From contig NZ_SODD01000021.1 of assembly GCF_004365815.1 (NCBI RefSeq), forward strand, positions 1-32,000: 32,000 nt of DNA. Direction: 5' to 3'. Position 1 is the stretch's first letter; each line of letters starts with the position of its first letter. Shown here one piece after another: positions 15,170 through 24,883 of this stretch. Origin of the DNA: Breznakia blatticola (GTDB lineage Bacteria > Bacillota_I > Bacilli_A > Erysipelotrichales > Erysipelotrichaceae). The translations under genes and the position numbers were made by a program. The notes beneath the pieces are model-generated. The model was given only the letters and a program-made list of their open reading frames with translations, did no database searches and was not told the DNA's origin.

Positions 15170-18100
15170 ATGAAGCAAACCGGGTTATATCACGAGCAGT
15201 TTGAACATGATAACTGTGGAATTGGTGCAGTTGTTAATGTATCAGGAGAAAAGACATATCAAACAATTGATAACGCACTTACTATTGTTGAGAAACTTGA
15301 GCATCGAGCAGGTATGGATGCAAAAAAGGAAACAGGGGATGGTGTAGGAATATTAACACAAATTCCACACGCTTATTTTCGCGATGTATGCACGTTTGCT
15401 TTGCCAAATGAGGATTTTGGAGTTGGGATGTTTTTCTTTCCACAAGATACATTAGAATTTGAAAAAGCAAAACAATTATTTACTGTAATCGCAAAAAAAG
15501 AAGGGTTAGAGATTTTAGGGTTTCGACATGTAGATTGTAATCCGCAAGTGCTTGGTCAAAAAGCATTGTCACTAATGCCTACAATTGTCCAATGCTTCAT
15601 CAAACGACCAAATCACATACAAGCTGGGATTGCATTTGACCGTAAGTTATTTGTCACACGTAAAATTTTTGAAAAAAGTTGTTCAGATACGTATGTGTGT
15701 TCATTAAGTAGTCGTACGATTGTATATAAAGGAATGTTCTTAGTTGGACAATTACGCACGTTTTACAACGACTTACAACATCAAGACTTTACAAGTGCAA
15801 TTGCACTTGTGCATTCACGTTTTTCCACAAATACGATGCCTACATGGCATCGTGCGCACCCCAATCGTATGATTGTACATAATGGAGAGATTAATACGAT
15901 CAAAGGAAATGCAAATAAAATGTTAAGTCGTGAAGAAAATATGACATCTAGTATCTTTGGGGATGATTTAAAACGGGTTCTTCCAGTAATTGATAGCCGA
16001 GGAAGTGATTCATCAATGCTTGATAATGCACTAGAGTTTATGGTTATGGCAGGTATGGATCTTGCACATGCAATGATGCTTAATATTCCTGAACCTTGGG
16101 AACACAATCATTTGATGTCCCAATCAAAGAAGGATTTTTATCAATATAATGCATGTCTCATGGAACCATGGGATGGTCCAGCTTCGATACTATTTTCTGA
16201 TGGTGATGTAATGGGTGCAGTACTTGATCGTAATGGATTACGTCCTTCACGTTACTATGTAACAAAAGATGGATACCTAATCTTAAGTAGTGAAGTTGGT
16301 GTTTTAGACATTGAACCATCAAATATTGAAGTAAAATGTCGTTTAGAACCAGGGAAAATGTTGTTGGTTGATACAAATATTGGACGAATCATTCAAGATG
16401 ACGAATTAAAAGCCTACTATGCACAGCGAGCACCATATGGAAAGTGGATCGAAAAGAATCTTCGATTTTTATCGCAAGTAGAAATTCCAAACAAAACAGT
16501 TGATAGATACAGTCATGAACAATTAACCACACTACAAAAAGTTCATGGATATAGTTATGAAGATATTAAAGATTATATTATACCAGCGGCACAATCTGGA
16601 ATTGAGCCGGTTATCGCGATGGGAGCAGATCGTGCACTTGCTGCATCAGATACTTTATATCAACCATTATTTTCATATTTCAAACAATTGTTTGCACAAG
16701 TAACGAATCCGCCAATAGATGCGATTCGTGAAGAGATTGTCACAAGTACGTCCGTTTATTTAGGACGTGATGGAAATATCTTTCAAGATGATCCAAAAAA
16801 CGTTAGACTCTTAAAAATACAAAATCCAATCTTAAGTAATGTGGACATGTTAAAAATCAAACACTTGCAAGAGGATGGCTTTAGATGTATGACGATATCG
16901 ATGCTCTATTACAAAAATACAAGTTTAAAAGAGGCATTGGATCATATGTGTTATGAAGCAGATCAAGCAATCCATCAAGGAGCAACTCTACTTGTCTTAA
17001 GTGATTGTGGGGTGGATGAAAACCATGTAGCAATTCCATCATTACTAGCTACAAGTGCATTAAATCAACATTTACTTCAAACAAAAAAGTCTCTACAAGC
17101 ATCCATTATTGTGGAAAGTGCAGAACCTAGAGAGGTTCATCACTTTGCAACGTTACTTGGTTATGGTGCAAGTGCAATCAATCCATACTTGGTGCATGAC
17201 ACAATTGCTGATGCAATTGCAAATCGACTGCTAGAAAAAGACTATGATGCAGCTATAGAAGCTTATGATCAAGCAATGTTACACGGAATTGTAAAGATCG
17301 CCTCAAAGATGGGGATTTCAACGATTCAATCCTATCAAGGAAGTCAGGTGTTTGAAGCACTAGGAATTCATGAAGATGTAATTTCTACATACTTTACTAA
17401 GACGATTAGTAGAGTGGGAGGAATTCGGTTAGCTGATATTGAAAAACAACAACATTATCTTCATGCAGCTGCATTTGATGCATTAGGATTATCAGTAGAT
17501 AAGAATTTAGATAGTACAGGAATGCATAAGTATCGAAGTCAAAAAGAAATGCATCTATACAATCCTAAAACAATTCATTTACTACAAAAAGCAACCCGAC
17601 AAAATGAGTATTCATTGTTTAAACAATTTACTAAAGAAATTGAAAAAGAGATGGAACAAACCAGTATTCGCGGATTATTAGAATTTAAAAAGCAAACTCC
17701 GATTTCAATTGATGAAGTAGAAAGTGTAGAAGATATTGTCACGCGCTTTAAAACAGGAGCAATGTCTTATGGGTCTATTTCCAAAGAAGCACATGAGACA
17801 TTGGCTATTGCGATGAATACATTACACGGAAAAAGTAACTCAGGAGAAGGTGGAGAAGATGCATCACGCTTTCATACCAATCGCTATTCAGCTATTAAAC
17901 AAGTAGCATCCGGTCGGTTTGGTGTTACAAGTGAATACTTGGTACATGCGAAAGAAATTCAAATTAAAATGGCACAAGGTGCAAAACCAGGAGAAGGAGG
18001 ACAACTGCCTGCTGGTAAGGTATATCCTTGGATTGCCAAAACAAGACATTCTACACCAGGTGTGCAATTGATTTCACCACCACCGCATCATGATATTTAT

Positions 18101-19651
18101 TCAATCGAGGATTTGGCACAATTGATTTATGATTGTAAATCAGCAAACAAAGATGCAAGAATCTCGGTGAAACTAGTTTCTGAGGCAGGCGTAGGAACGA
18201 TTGCTGCAGGAGTTGCTAAAGCAGGTAGTGAAGTCATATTAATCTCTGGATATGATGGAGGAACTGGAGCTGCTCCAAAGAATTCTGTATATCATGCTGG
18301 TTTGCCATGGGAATTAGGACTTGCTGAAGCGCATCAAACATTGATTATGAATGATCTACGAAGTCGCGTTCGTTTGGAATGTGATGGAAAACTACTTACA
18401 GGAAAAGATGTTGCAATCGCAGCTTTATTAGGAGCTGAAGAATTTGGTTTTGCAACTGCACCACTAGTTAGTTTAGGTTGCGTAATGATGCGTGTTTGTC
18501 ATCTTGATACATGTCCAGTAGGGATTGCCACACAAAATCCAAAACTTAGAAAACGCTTTAGTGGAAAGCCAGAATATGTGATTCACTTTATGCGCTTTAT
18601 CGCACAAGAACTTCGTGAATATATGGCACAACTCGGTTTTCGTAGTATCGATGAAATGGTCGGTCATAGTGAACTCTTGCAAGTGAAAAAAGATGTGCAT
18701 ACATCTTTTGATCTAACAAGACTACTCACAAAAGTAGAAAACAAGGAAAAGAAGACGATTTTTGATCCGCAAGATGTATATGATTTCGAATTGGATACTA
18801 CACTAGATGCATATCTAATCGATCGATTTAGCAAAGCGATTGACAATAATGAATCAGCAACAGCATCTGTCTGTTTGGATAACCAAACACGCTCTTTTGG
18901 AACGATGTTAGGTAGCTATATTACAAAACACTTGCATGGACGTACAAAAGAACATCAATATCGTATTTTTGCGAAAGGTGCTGGAGGGCAATCCTTTGGT
19001 GCATTTCTTCCTAAAGGTGTAAGTATCTATCTTGAAGGTGACAGTAATGATTATTTTGGAAAAGGCTTATCTGGCGGATCCCTTGCATTGTTTCCACCTA
19101 AAGATGCAACCTTTGAAGCATCAGAAAATATCATTGTTGGAAATGTTGCATTTTATGGTGCAACTTCAGGTAATGCATATATTGCAGGTATTGCAGGTGA
19201 ACGTTTTTGTGTAAGAAACTCAGGAATTGATGCGGTTGTTGAAGGTGTTGGTGATCATGGACTGGAATACATGACAGGTGGTCGTGTGTGTATTCTTGGT
19301 TCTTGTGGAAGTAATCTTGCAGCAGGGATGAGTGGAGGATATGCATATATCTTTGATGAAAACGCTGATGTAGATACAAAACTGAATAAAGAAATGGTGG
19401 AGCTACAAGAAATTGTACAAGAACAAGATTTTGTAGAAATTAAAGAGATGTTGCAAGCACATATACACTATACAAACTCAAGCAAAGCAAAGCGTATTAT
19501 AAATGACTTTGATGTATGTAAAGTACACTTTAAGAAAATAATGCCAGTTGATTATAAAAAGATGATGCAAGCAATTCAAAATAAGGTAGAAAGTGGATTA
19601 TCACTTGAAGATGCCCAAATGGAAGCATTTTATGAAAGAAAGGAAGTGTAA
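15170..19651 (+). CDS. gltB: Glutamate synthase large subunit, 1493 aa.
   Basis: The N-terminal Ntn-amidotransferase start is FEHDNCGIGAV. It has an FMN/3Fe-4S central domain and the C-terminal GXGXG beta-helix domain. The SD is GGAGGA. Confidence 0.95.
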   Translation: MKQTGLYHEQFEHDNCGIGAVVNVSGEKTYQTIDNALTIVEKLEHRAGMDAKKETGDGVGILTQIPHAYFRDVCTFALPNEDFGVGMFFFPQDTLEFEKAKQLFTVIAKKEGLEILGFRHVDCNPQVLGQKALSLMPTIVQCFIKRPNHIQAGIAFDRKLFVTRKIFEKSCSDTYVCSLSSRTIVYKGMFLVGQLRTFYNDLQHQDFTSAIALVHSRFSTNTMPTWHRAHPNRMIVHNGEINTIKGNANKMLSREENMTSSIFGDDLKRVLPVIDSRGSDSSMLDNALEFMVMAGMDLAHAMMLNIPEPWEHNHLMSQSKKDFYQYNACLMEPWDGPASILFSDGDVMGAVLDRNGLRPSRYYVTKDGYLILSSEVGVLDIEPSNIEVKCRLEPGKMLLVDTNIGRIIQDDELKAYYAQRAPYGKWIEKNLRFLSQVEIPNKTVDRYSHEQLTTLQKVHGYSYEDIKDYIIPAAQSGIEPVIAMGADRALAASDTLYQPLFSYFKQLFAQVTNPPIDAIREEIVTSTSVYLGRDGNIFQDDPKNVRLLKIQNPILSNVDMLKIKHLQEDGFRCMTISMLYYKNTSLKEALDHMCYEADQAIHQGATLLVLSDCGVDENHVAIPSLLATSALNQHLLQTKKSLQASIIVESAEPREVHHFATLLGYGASAINPYLVHDTIADAIANRLLEKDYDAAIEAYDQAMLHGIVKIASKMGISTIQSYQGSQVFEALGIHEDVISTYFTKTISRVGGIRLADIEKQQHYLHAAAFDALGLSVDKNLDSTGMHKYRSQKEMHLYNPKTIHLLQKATRQNEYSLFKQFTKEIEKEMEQTSIRGLLEFKKQTPISIDEVESVEDIVTRFKTGAMSYGSISKEAHETLAIAMNTLHGKSNSGEGGEDASRFHTNRYSAIKQVASGRFGVTSEYLVHAKEIQIKMAQGAKPGEGGQLPAGKVYPWIAKTRHSTPGVQLISPPPHHDIYSIEDLAQLIYDCKSANKDARISVKLVSEAGVGTIAAGVAKAGSEVILISGYDGGTGAAPKNSVYHAGLPWELGLAEAHQTLIMNDLRSRVRLECDGKLLTGKDVAIAALLGAEEFGFATAPLVSLGCVMMRVCHLDTCPVGIATQNPKLRKRFSGKPEYVIHFMRFIAQELREYMAQLGFRSIDEMVGHSELLQVKKDVHTSFDLTRLLTKVENKEKKTIFDPQDVYDFELDTTLDAYLIDRFSKAIDNNESATASVCLDNQTRSFGTMLGSYITKHLHGRTKEHQYRIFAKGAGGQSFGAFLPKGVSIYLEGDSNDYFGKGLSGGSLALFPPKDATFEASENIIVGNVAFYGATSGNAYIAGIAGERFCVRNSGIDAVVEGVGDHGLEYMTGGRVCILGSCGSNLAAGMSGGYAYIFDENADVDTKLNKEMVELQEIVQEQDFVEIKEMLQAHIHYTNSSKAKRIINDFDVCKVHFKKIMPVDYKKMMQAIQNKVESGLSLEDAQMEAFYERKEV

Positions 19652-19653
19652 TT

Positions 19654-21126
19654 ATGGGAAAACCAGATGGATTTTTCGTATATGAGCGTAAAGATACAAA
19701 AACGATTGCACCTTTAGATCGCATAAAAAACTATCAAGAATTTCATCTTCCTTTACAAGAAGAAAACCGTCGAATACAAGCAAGTCGTTGTATGGATTGC
19801 GGGGTTCCATTTTGTCAGTATGGCAAGCAGATTGCTGGTATGAGTAGTGGTTGTCCTTTACATAATGTCATTCCAGAATGGAATGATTTACTATATCGAA
19901 AAAACTATGAAATAGCACTAGAGCGTCTGTTGATGACAAATCCATTTCCCGAATTTACAAGTCGAGTTTGTCCAGCCCCATGCGAAAAAGCATGCACATG
20001 CTCGCTTCATGGAGATGCTGTTACGATCTGTGAAAATGAGAAGTTTCTAATTGAATATGGATTTGCACATCAGTTAATTAAACTTCCTAATATTAGACAA
20101 TATACAGGAAAGAAAGTTGCGATTATTGGTAGTGGTCCAAGTGGTCTAGCTTGTGCACAACAGTTGCATAGTCGTCATCACGAAGTACATATCTATGAAA
20201 GAAGTGATCGCGCTGGTGGTTTACTGATGTATGGAATACCGAATATGAAATTAGATAAAGCGATTGTTAACCGTAGAATCGCATTGATGGAAAAAGCAGG
20301 TATTCACTTTCATTTATCAACGGATATTGATACAACGCAAAAAGTTAAACAATTGCAAGCAGAATATGATGCAATCATTCTTGCAGTAGGTTCAAGTAAA
20401 CCTAGAAACCTTTCAGTTAAACATACAGATGCAAAGGGTGTACACTTTGCAGTTGATTATTTAAGTCACAGTACAAAACATCTGTTAGATGATACATATC
20501 CATTAACTATCGATGCAAAAGATAAACATGTCGTGATTGTTGGTGGTGGAGATACTGGAAATGATTGTGTAGCCACGGCAATTCGCCAATCGTGCGCTTC
20601 TGTTGTTCAACTAGAAATGATGCCAGAATTACCAGCATCAAGAATGGATGATAATCCATGGCCAGAATGGTCAAAAGTGAAGAAAACGGACTATGGTCAA
20701 GAAGAAGCAATTGCTATGTTTGACCAAGATCCTCGACTTTATGAAGTGACGATTAAAGAAATCATCACTGATGAAAATCATGCAATCAAGCAAGTTGTGA
20801 TTTGCTCATTACAGTGGGAAAAAGATGGTGATGGCAATATGCGACCAAGTTACATTGCAGGAAGTGAAAAAAAAGTTGCATGTGATCTACTACTTCTTGC
20901 TACTGGGTTTGTTGGTGTGGAGTCAAACATTTTCGAAAATTTTGAATTAGAAAAAAACGAACGTGGCGTTATCCAAACAATCGATGGTTCTACGACAAAT
21001 ATCGAAGGAGTATTTGTTAGTGGTGATGCATCACGGGGACAATCCTTAGTTGTATGGGCAATGCAAGAAGGAAAGAAAACAGCCAAAGCAGTTGATACAT
21101 ATTTGATGGGATATTCCAATCTTTAA
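19654..21126 (+). CDS. gltD: Glutamate synthase small subunit (NAD(P)H-dependent), 490 aa.
   Basis: It has N-terminal Fe-S cysteine clusters (CMDCGVPFC..., CPAPCEKAC) and two Rossmann motifs (IIGSGPSGLACA and VVIVGGGDTGNDC). It starts 2 nt after the gltB stop. Confidence 0.95.
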   Translation: MGKPDGFFVYERKDTKTIAPLDRIKNYQEFHLPLQEENRRIQASRCMDCGVPFCQYGKQIAGMSSGCPLHNVIPEWNDLLYRKNYEIALERLLMTNPFPEFTSRVCPAPCEKACTCSLHGDAVTICENEKFLIEYGFAHQLIKLPNIRQYTGKKVAIIGSGPSGLACAQQLHSRHHEVHIYERSDRAGGLLMYGIPNMKLDKAIVNRRIALMEKAGIHFHLSTDIDTTQKVKQLQAEYDAIILAVGSSKPRNLSVKHTDAKGVHFAVDYLSHSTKHLLDDTYPLTIDAKDKHVVIVGGGDTGNDCVATAIRQSCASVVQLEMMPELPASRMDDNPWPEWSKVKKTDYGQEEAIAMFDQDPRLYEVTIKEIITDENHAIKQVVICSLQWEKDGDGNMRPSYIAGSEKKVACDLLLLATGFVGVESNIFENFELEKNERGVIQTIDGSTTNIEGVFVSGDASRGQSLVVWAMQEGKKTAKAVDTYLMGYSNL

Positions 21127-21131
21127 AACAG

Positions 21132-21172
21132 ACCATGTAATGATTCCGACGGGAGTGATTGCATGGTTTTTG
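21132..21172 (+). terminator. Intrinsic terminator after gltD.
   Basis: The stem is ACCATGTAATGAT (21132-21144) / GTGATTGCATGGT (21155-21167) with two G-U pairs and one mismatch, followed by T5. Confidence 0.7.
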
Positions 21173-21219
21173 TGTACTTTTGACTAATTATGTCATAAAA
21201 TGGTCATAGGAGGTTTCAT

Positions 21220-21657
21220 ATGGAATCATACGTAATAGGGTGGATGATTGCTTTTCTTGTCATATGTGCATTAGAAGCGGCATCTTTACAACTTGTCGCC
21301 ATTTGGTTTGCAGCAGGTAGTTTGGTTTGCGTGTTTTTAAGTTTGGCAGGTGTGAGTTTTACTGGCCAACTTATTGCTTTCATTGTGGTTTCGTTAGTAA
21401 CGATGGCGTTATTACGACCATATGCGATGAAAAAAATCAAACCAAATCTAATCAAAACAAACATAGATGATGTGATAGGTAAAAAGGCAATTGTATTACA
21501 TGACTTTAATGAACTTACAAAAGAGGGTCGAGTACAACTTGATGGTGTTGATTGGGCAGCCAAAAACATCGGACATCAACCATTGAAAAAGGATGATGAA
21601 GTGTATGTGCACGAAATTAAAGGTGTTACAGTACTCGTAAATAAGGAGAAAAAATAA
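21220..21657 (+). CDS. NfeD-family membrane protein, short form, 145 aa.
   Basis: It has three N-terminal TM helices and a C-terminal OB-fold-like soluble domain (GRVQLDGVDWAA....L.KDDEV.V.EIKGVTVLV). It sits directly upstream of an SPFH gene, which is the classic pairing. The SD is AGGAGG. Confidence 0.8.
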   Translation: MESYVIGWMIAFLVICALEAASLQLVAIWFAAGSLVCVFLSLAGVSFTGQLIAFIVVSLVTMALLRPYAMKKIKPNLIKTNIDDVIGKKAIVLHDFNELTKEGRVQLDGVDWAAKNIGHQPLKKDDEVYVHEIKGVTVLVNKEKK

Positions 21658-21658
21658 A

Positions 21659-22594
21659 ATGGAATTAATTATGATTTTAGTATTTATCATTGTTATTATC
21701 GCATTAGTAGGAGCACACGTACGTGTGGTAAAACAATCGGAGTCTTATGTTATTGAACGTTTAGGGGCATACCGCGTGACTTGGGGAACAGGATTACACT
21801 TCTTAGTTCCACTGATTGAACGCGTTGCTAAAAAAATCTCATTAAAAGAGCATGTTGTGGATTTTCCTCCGCAACCAGTAATTACGAAAGATAACGTAAC
21901 GATGCAAATTGATACAGTAGTATATTTCCAAGTTACGGATTCAAAACTATATGCATATGGAGTTACAAATCCAATGATGGCTGTTGAAAACTTAACAGCT
22001 ACAACATTACGTAACTTAATTGGGGAATTGGACTTAGATGCAACATTAACAAGTCGTGATGTAATCAATACACAAATGCGTGCAATCTTAGATGAAGCGA
22101 CTGATAAATGGGGAATTAAAGTAAACCGTGTTGAGGTAAAAAACATTTTGCCACCGCGTGAAATTCAAGATGCGATGGAAAAACAAATGAAGGCAGAACG
22201 TGAACGTCGTGAAGCAATTTTACAAGCGGAAGGGAAAAAGAAAAGTCAAATTCTTATTGCTGAAGGGGAAAAAGAAAGTACAATTCTTCAAGCCGAAGCA
22301 TTTAAAGAACGTCAAATTCGTGAAGCAGAAGGTCGTCAAGCTGCTATGGTATTAGAAGCGGAAGGGCAAGCAAAAGCTATTCGTGAAGTACAACAAGCAA
22401 CTGCTGATGGACTTAGTGCATTATCAAAAGCTGATGTAAATGCAGCAACTGTAAAAATTAAAGAACTTGAAGCACTTGCTAAAGTTGCAAACGGTAAATC
22501 AACAAAATTGATTATTCCAAGCGAAATTCAAAAACTAACAGGATTAGCTGCAAGTTTAAAAGAAGTGGTTTCAAATACAAATGGGGAAGAATAG
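21659..22594 (+). CDS. SPFH/band-7 (stomatin/prohibitin-like) protein, 311 aa.
   Basis: It has an N-terminal TM anchor, an SPFH core (VVKQSESYVIERLG...ITKDNV...VYFQV.D...A.Y.V.N...A...L..T.LR..IG...LD..L..R) and an E/A/K-rich coiled-coil tail. The SD AAGGAGA is upstream, and it starts 1 nt after the nfeD stop. Confidence 0.9.
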   Translation: MELIMILVFIIVIIALVGAHVRVVKQSESYVIERLGAYRVTWGTGLHFLVPLIERVAKKISLKEHVVDFPPQPVITKDNVTMQIDTVVYFQVTDSKLYAYGVTNPMMAVENLTATTLRNLIGELDLDATLTSRDVINTQMRAILDEATDKWGIKVNRVEVKNILPPREIQDAMEKQMKAERERREAILQAEGKKKSQILIAEGEKESTILQAEAFKERQIREAEGRQAAMVLEAEGQAKAIREVQQATADGLSALSKADVNAATVKIKELEALAKVANGKSTKLIIPSEIQKLTGLAASLKEVVSNTNGEE

Positions 22595-22616
22595 AATCAT
22601 CTATTCTTCTTTTTTG
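22586..22616 (+). terminator. Strong intrinsic terminator after the SPFH gene.
   Basis: It has a perfect 10-bp stem, GAAGAATAGA (22586-22595) / TCTATTCTTC (22600-22609), with a 4-nt loop and T6. The 5' arm contains the TAG stop codon (22592-22594). Confidence 0.85.
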
Positions 22617-22631
22617 TGGTAAGATATTTTC

Positions 22632-24797
22632 ATGGAAAAAGTAGCAGATATTTACATTGAATATACAGCAATGGCTGTAGATCAAAGTTATTTATACAAA
22701 GTGAATCAATACAACGTAGAAAAAGGGATGCGTGTTTACATCATGTTTGCTGGAAGGAAAATCGTTGGAATCATCGATCGTGTATACGAGATGCCAAAGA
22801 CAGAACTCGATGCTTTACCATATAAGGTACAAGCAATTGATAGTGTTATCGATGAGGATGTTTTGTTGAACGAAGAAGCTTTTCATTTGGCTAGATTTAT
22901 GGCAAATCGCTGTGTAGCAAGTGTTATGAGTTGTTTTCAAGCAATGTTGCCAAGTAAGTTAAAACCAAAATCAACAAAGCAAAACATTCGTAAAGAAGTG
23001 TATGTGATATACCAACAAGATAAAGAAGTAAAAGGACAAAAACAAAAAGAAGCGCTTGCCTATCTTCAAGAGCATCCAAAGATAAAACGACAAGATTTCA
23101 ACAAACGATACAGTTGTTTACAACGGTTTATTGAGTTAGGAATTGTTGTGTTGCAAGAAGAAGAAAAGCAAGCAGAAGTTGAACAAATCAATCTTGCATG
23201 TGATCATTTCAAACTTCAAGAAGCCCAACAACAAGCACTTGATAAAATTAAGGCAATTGCAGGACATCATGTGCATTTACTACACGGAGTAACGGGTAGT
23301 GGAAAAACAGAGATTTTCTTACAATTAGCTAGTGAAGTATTAGCACAAGGAAAACAAGTGTTGATATTAGTTCCTGAAATAGGATTGACTGCACAAATGG
23401 TAGAACGTGTTACCTGTCGGTTTGGAAAAAGTGTAGCTATTTATCATTCCAATTTAAATAATCAGCAGAAGTATGAACAATATAAGTTAGTAAAAGAAAA
23501 GAAGGTACAAATTGTTGTCGGAACAAGAAGTTCTGTATTTATGCCTTTTGAACAACTAGGACTTATTGTATTAGATGAAGAGCATGATGCAAGTTATAAA
23601 CAAGATAGTCAACCACGCTATCACTGTAGAGATTTAGCAATTGAGCGTGCAAGATATCATGATTGTCCAATTGTACTAGCAAGTGCAACCCCTTCATTAG
23701 AATCGTATGCACGTGCATATAAAGGAAATTACCAATTATTGGAATTAAAGGAACGTATTCATAAGAATATGCCAGTTGTGCATGTTGTGGATATGAAAGA
23801 AAGTATGAAGCACGATCACGATGCACTACTTTCCGTTTCACTTAAAAATGCAATCTATGAGCGCTTAGAAAAAAATGAACAAGTAATCTTACTACTAAAT
23901 CGTAGAGGATATACTCCGGTTTTACGTTGTTTAGATTGTGGGGAAGTTAAAAAATGTCCACACTGTGATATTGCACTGAATTATCATAAACAAACCAATC
24001 GTTTGGTTTGTCATTACTGTGAATATCATGAACCAGCATATTTTGTTTGTTCAAGTTGTGGAAGCAAAAATATATCCACTTCAGGTTTTGGTACCCAACG
24101 GTTAGAAGAATATCTAGATGAATTATTTCCACAAGCACGTGTCGTGCGAATGGATCAGGATACGATGCGAAGAAAAGATATGCATGAAGTTGTATTAAGA
24201 GAATTCGAGCAACATAAATATGATATTTTAGTTGGTACGCAAATGATCGCAAAAGGACTAGATATTCCAAATGTAACACTTGTTGGTATTGTAAATGCAG
24301 ATGCAAGTTTACAACGAGAAGATTTCCGTAGTGTAGAAGTCACTTTTGATTTGCTTGTACAAGCAAGTGGACGAAGTGGACGTGGTGATAAAATTGGTGA
24401 AGTTATCATGCAAGCATACCAAAAAGAGCATTATGCAATTCGTTGCGCGCAAAATCAAGACTACGATACATTCTTTAAAAAAGAGATGCAATTTCGTCAT
24501 TTGGGGAAATATCCACCATACACGTATTTAGCAAGTTTGATCTTTACCAATGATAAAGTGGACCAAATTTATCAGGATATTGATACTTGTTTTGAAGTGT
24601 TTGATTATCCAAATGTGCATCATTTACGAGCAGTGCAATTACAAAAAAGAAAAGATACATTACGTGTTCGTAAAATCTTAAAGTGTGCAAATCTTGATGA
24701 ATTAATCGCATCTGTGCACTTTATAAAAAATGAATTATTAAAAAATAAATGCAAGAGCAAATTGGAAATAGATATCAATCCATTGTTTTTGGAATAA
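22632..24797 (+). CDS. priA: Primosomal replication-restart helicase PriA, 721 aa.
   Basis: It has Walker A (GVTGSGKTE), a DEAH-type box (LDEEHD) and a Cys-rich zinc insertion (CLDCG..KCPHCD...CHYCE...CSSCGS). No recognisable SD precedes the ATG. Confidence 0.9.
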   Translation: MEKVADIYIEYTAMAVDQSYLYKVNQYNVEKGMRVYIMFAGRKIVGIIDRVYEMPKTELDALPYKVQAIDSVIDEDVLLNEEAFHLARFMANRCVASVMSCFQAMLPSKLKPKSTKQNIRKEVYVIYQQDKEVKGQKQKEALAYLQEHPKIKRQDFNKRYSCLQRFIELGIVVLQEEEKQAEVEQINLACDHFKLQEAQQQALDKIKAIAGHHVHLLHGVTGSGKTEIFLQLASEVLAQGKQVLILVPEIGLTAQMVERVTCRFGKSVAIYHSNLNNQQKYEQYKLVKEKKVQIVVGTRSSVFMPFEQLGLIVLDEEHDASYKQDSQPRYHCRDLAIERARYHDCPIVLASATPSLESYARAYKGNYQLLELKERIHKNMPVVHVVDMKESMKHDHDALLSVSLKNAIYERLEKNEQVILLLNRRGYTPVLRCLDCGEVKKCPHCDIALNYHKQTNRLVCHYCEYHEPAYFVCSSCGSKNISTSGFGTQRLEEYLDELFPQARVVRMDQDTMRRKDMHEVVLREFEQHKYDILVGTQMIAKGLDIPNVTLVGIVNADASLQREDFRSVEVTFDLLVQASGRSGRGDKIGEVIMQAYQKEHYAIRCAQNQDYDTFFKKEMQFRHLGKYPPYTYLASLIFTNDKVDQIYQDIDTCFEVFDYPNVHHLRAVQLQKRKDTLRVRKILKCANLDELIASVHFIKNELLKNKCKSKLEIDINPLFLE

Positions 24798-24883
24798 CTA
24801 TCGCTTGCTATCTATAAAGGATGGTTTTGTGGTATGATAGGTAAGAAAAAATGAAAGGCGAATCCTACGGGATGAGGGTGGCT

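Noticed and set aside
21179-21210. TTGACT (21179-21184) as the -35 of an nfeD promoter.
   Set aside because: No acceptable -10 lies at 16-18 nt. The nearby TAAAAT (21196-21201) is only 11 nt away. I cannot define a promoter here with confidence.
21216-22146. Minus-strand ORFs of 117 aa and 133 aa, antisense to nfeD and the SPFH gene.
   Set aside because: They are antisense shadows of well-supported genes, with no SD and no recognisable motifs. The same applies to the other antisense track ORFs inside thrC, the ACT-domain gene, ileS, gltB, gltD, priA, rsmB, rlmN/stp, prkC, rsgA and rpe.
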